A stretch of DNA of 64,000 bases from Vicugna vicugna (lineage: Eukaryota): NCBI GenBank assembly GCA_013265495.1, contig MU061538.1:1304001-1368000 (forward strand), read 5' to 3'. Of this stretch, positions 60,560 through 64,000 are shown one piece after another. Made by a program: the position numbers and the translations under genes. The notes beneath the pieces were generated by a model that saw nothing but the letters and a program-made list of their open reading frames with translations, did not search any database and was not told the origin of the DNA. How positions within the stretch are numbered: position 1 is the first letter of the stretch; each line of letters opens with the position of its first letter.

Positions 60560-60880
60560 CCTCATCCGATCGCTTGTTATGACAGTTTACGACGTGTTGC
60601 CTAAATTGAGAATCTCGTCTGAATAATCCCCTTCTGTCCTCGCTGCTTCTCCCCTTTAAATATCCGATGATGTTTATCTTGTCTTCACTTAGTCCGTGAT
60701 TAGAAGAGCTGTACCCACTTAGCACCCTTAATCTTTTTTCCTCGATCAATCCTTGAAACCAGCCCCTTAATATTGTTGTCTCTCTGTTCTCCTCTGAACC
60801 TCTTCCAAAGTGTCTGTTTTTCTCGTATTGAGCTGCCTGGCCTGAATAAGCTGAAAGCCGTGTTGTTACGAGTGCAGCTC
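60560..60880 (-). mobile_element. CR1/L3 LINE ORF2 3' remnant
   Basis: Minus-strand translations EEKRLRVLSGYS...DKINIIGYLKG and ...NIKGL resemble CR1 ORF2 (EERLRELGLFS...DLITVYKYLKG; MIKGL). The nucleotide motif ctctgaacctcttcca is also present. Confidence 0.65.
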
Positions 60881-61694
60881 ACTAATGGACCCTTGCAACA
60901 TGCTAATACTTTGGCCCAAGCCTCCTAAAATTAAGCCCTCACTCCCCGACCCCCGTTTTTAGTTACAGACGCAAGTCAGAGCCTCTCCTCTCTGTCAACC
61001 CTATTTTTAAGGGATTGTTGCTCTCTGCTAGCGGCTGAAATTGCAGTCAGGAGGCGGAAGAAGGTCAGAGACACAAAGGGAACCTTCCTTCACTTCCTTT
61101 CCAGCGCCCGAGAGTTCAGTGCGCCTTCTCTCGTTGCCCAGCCGCTGGTCTGGCATGAATCCGGCCCGGTGTTTCCCCAGGAGTTCTCACGTGAGCGGCT
61201 CCTGGCAGCTCGGCCAGGCAGGTGCCGTCTGGGCGTTTCCGCTGAGCGGCGCTGTCGCCGTGGGCCGGAGGGAGCTTGTGTCAGCTGCTCCCAGGCAGCG
61301 GGCCGCCTCACTCACCTGCTGCTCGCGGGCCGTCTTGCTTTCAGGTTTGCGCCTGTGTTCACCCTGGCCGTCCTTCCGCTTCATCAACCTGTTCCTGTGC
61401 TCGCCTCTTACAGGGGCCTTAAGGTAACCCCTGCGCCTCCCTGATAGACACCCCGCAGCCCCACAGCCTTCGCCATGGTCACCCCTTGCTGAAGGCTTTC
61501 TGCACGGCTGTAATACACACGACTTACTTATACGTGGTAAGCACGACCATGCGTTACCAGGCAGGCTTTATGACATGCTTTGTTCTGATTAGTTCTATTG
61601 TGTGGCCAGTGCTAGCTTCCAGTCCCCAAATACCTAACTGCAGAAATCCGCCTTGCACACAAAAGGCTGGTAAGTGGGAAGCCAGAGTAAAGGC

Positions 61695-61829
61695 CAGGAC
61701 TGCCCTGTACAGTTGCACTGTTGCGCACTGCACAAACCCAGGGGCCGCTGCTCTCCCAGACCATCACGTGAAGGGCAGCCCCTGGAGTTCTGCAGTGCAC
61801 AGCCTGCACCTTCATGTGCAGAAACATTG
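61695..61829. mobile_element. MER91-like palindromic hAT-Tip100 MITE
   Basis: caggactgccc...gcactgcacaaacccagggg...cccctggagttctgcagtgcacagcctgcac. The internal arms at 61722-61744 and 61779-61801 are 19/23 complementary. Confidence 0.8.
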
Positions 61830-61999
61830 CAGGGAAGGGGTCCTCCCCAACAGCAGGAGACAGAGGAGGTTTATAGCCACTTCCCGGCCTCATCTACAGA
61901 ACAGAAGTTCAAAGTGGCATTTAAGGCAACCTACAAACCAGCCTCAGCGTGCATTTTAACATTTGTCTTCCTCTGCTTTCGGTCTCCACACAAACCCGC

Positions 62000-62315
62000 A
62001 CGATGCCCCAACTACTGATTTCTCTGTCTTTTCCACGCCTGTCTTTGCTGTACGCCCTTCTCTCCCTGCGCAGCGCAGGGCCCCTCCCTGACACGCCTGC
62101 CCCTGTTCTGTCCATGGGGTGAGCTGCTTCTGCCCTCATGTTCTGGTCAGAGTTGTATCACCACATGTGATGTGCTGTGGTAAGTCGTCTGCATGTCCGT
62201 CTTCCCAGCTGGGCTGCGAGCTCCCTGAGGGCTGGCCCGCTCATGCCTTTCTCTCTCCAGTGCTTTGGGCCGGGTGTGCGCAGGGCAGGTGCTCATGCCT
62301 CCTGGAGTGGATGTT
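62000..62315 (+). mobile_element. L2 3' end (GC-shifted)
   Basis: gtcttcccagctgggctgcgagctccctgagggc...ctccagtgct...aggtgctca. Confidence 0.6.
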
Positions 62316-62658
62316 CGGAAAGATGAGAGCTCTTCTCTCTTACCTTTGCTCCACATTCACAAAATCCAGTCTTGGGGAAATCGTGCAGCTAACCCCAGAC
62401 TATTACAAGAAAAGTTTAAAACATTAAATTCCTAATATGTGCCCATTCTGTGGGGAAAAAAATCCCAAACCTCCATCCTTGTTCTCCAGGAGTTTGGAGA
62501 GCCAAGCCCAGCACGCTGTGCGGGAACAGCCGGTCAGCAGTGACGTCATCTGTCCGTCTCCCTGGAGACGAGATGGCCGTTTTGTTAGGCTAGTCGAAAG
62601 ATACAGACAGAATAGGGGTGAAGGCTCCACAGCTTTTAGGGACCCAAGGAGGAGTACG

Positions 62659-63036
62659 TGCGGGCTGAGAGGGGTCCTGTTCCCCGAGAACCCGTGGAGT
62701 GACCTTATTTGGGAGGCAGGGTCTTGGCGGATGTAATCAAGTTAGGGTCTCAGGATGCCATTGTCCTGCAGTAACCAGGGGCGGGGGGCACTTCCGCACA
62801 AAGGCAAGAGGAGCACCACGTGATGACAGAGGCCGAGGCCAGAGGGGCGCCCTGCCTGCGGGCAGCCGTGGCACACAGAGGGGCGTGGAGCAGATGTGCC
62901 CTCCGTCCTTCAGCGGGAACCACGCCTGCCGACACGGGGGTTTCAGATGTCCGTCCTCCAGAGCTGGGAGAGGAGTGTTGTTTCCTGCCGTCAAGTCTGC
63001 GCTCATCCGTTCCAGCAGCCCTTGGACGCTGACACG
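62659..63036 (+). mobile_element. MLT1 (ERVL-MaLR) solo LTR
   Basis: gtgaccttatttgggaggcagggtcttggcggatgtaatcaagttag...cctgccgacac...cctccagagctgggaga...gcagcccttggacgctgacac. Confidence 0.88.
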
Positions 63037-64000
63037 GCGTGGCCCCCTGCTGACGGGAGAGACGGACGCTGTGCCCCTCCTGGAGGCCCAGGCTCCCTCT
63101 GCGTGCTGTCCAGGGGCCTTGGGGGCGCCTCCTGGACAGCGCGATTCGTCTTTGCTCTTGTTTACCTCTGGCGGGAAGGCGGCAGGGACCGTGCTCCAGG
63201 CCTGCCTGGCTGCGAGCGAGGGAAGGGTGCGTCCTGGCCGCCCCAGAGCTGGTGGGAGTGCTGACTCTGCCTCCTCCAGGGTTTGGTTGACATGGTGCTC
63301 GCCGTGTCTGAGTGGCTGCAGCTCGCGTCCCTGCCTTCCAACTTTGGCTGCATCCTAAGGAGTCTCTGAAGTGGGAGATGAGCAGAGTCCACCTCCCAGT
63401 GACTGTGGTTTCGTGGAGCTGAGGGGGCTCCGTACTGCCTGCCGATGGAGAACGCGCTCCTGGGGCCTCACCGCCCGAGAAGAGACCCAGCTCTTGCTGA
63501 AGCTGCTGAGGCCGCCGGGGGGCCAGGCCCATGCGATCCGTGTGCGGAGGGGTCCTGACGCCGGTGCTCAGTGCCCGAGCTCTTTCTCCTGCACATGCTT
63601 CACTCGCTGCCTGGTCCAGTGCAGTGATGACACGGGGCCTTGGACTCAGCTGTGCTGTCTCTGTGCACCTGGAGGAGCACACACAGACACGTCCCCTCGG
63701 CCCCACGACCTAGACCACGCTGAGGATGCGCCAGTGAGTGCCCGCCTGACGGGCCCAGGATGCTCAGCAGACACGGCGTCTTGTTAGCATCGTCGTCCAG
63801 ATGAAATGAGAGGTTTCTGGATGAGAGCCTCCCCCGTGTCAGGCTTCACGGAGGGAAGCAACTGGGCAGGTCCTTTTTGCAGCTTCTGGAGCCAGTGGAT
63901 CCTGATTGTTCATTACAGTTTTTGAGGTTGTTCATTCTTCTGTTGACTAAGGAAGACTCGCTGGCTCGTGGTTGCCTGCATAACTCTCTTTCCCTTTCTC

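Noticed and set aside
62699..63787. Longest ORFs (318 aa minus, 219 aa plus)
   Set aside because: They overlap a GC-shifted MLT1 LTR. Stop codons are depleted by GC content, and the composition is R/A/P/G-rich noise.

Overview
This window is mammalian (eukaryotic) genomic DNA, most likely camelid. The species inference rests on five copies of a short tRNA-derived SINE matching my recollection of the camelid Vic-1 family, plus artiodactyl-type L1 3' ends. I find no recognisable host protein-coding exon, RNA gene, CRISPR array or operon-like system. The ORF track is almost entirely spurious, arising from GC-rich random ORFs, microsatellite translations and decayed LINE ORF2 pieces. L1 fragments are strongly biased to the minus orientation (roughly 15 or more versus 4), and a polypyrimidine tract runs off the right edge. 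Together these suggest a large intron of an unidentified + strand gene. The window holds layered interspersed repeats (L1, L2, CR1/L3, MIR, Vic-1-like SINEs, MaLR LTRs, hAT MITEs MER45A/MER91), many visibly shifted toward GC/CpG. The leads most worth checking are a 15-nt microexon or recursive-splice-site motif (44734-44748), a compact promoter plus first-exon-like module (about 50960-51198), an overlapping CTCF/YY1 palindrome (41112-41131), and a target site reused by two retrotransposons inside an ancient, GC-eroded L1 RT region (58580-60150). Repeat family names come from recalled consensus sequences, not a database search. Boundaries are approximate unless a TSD is given. I do not see a convincing novel biological system.
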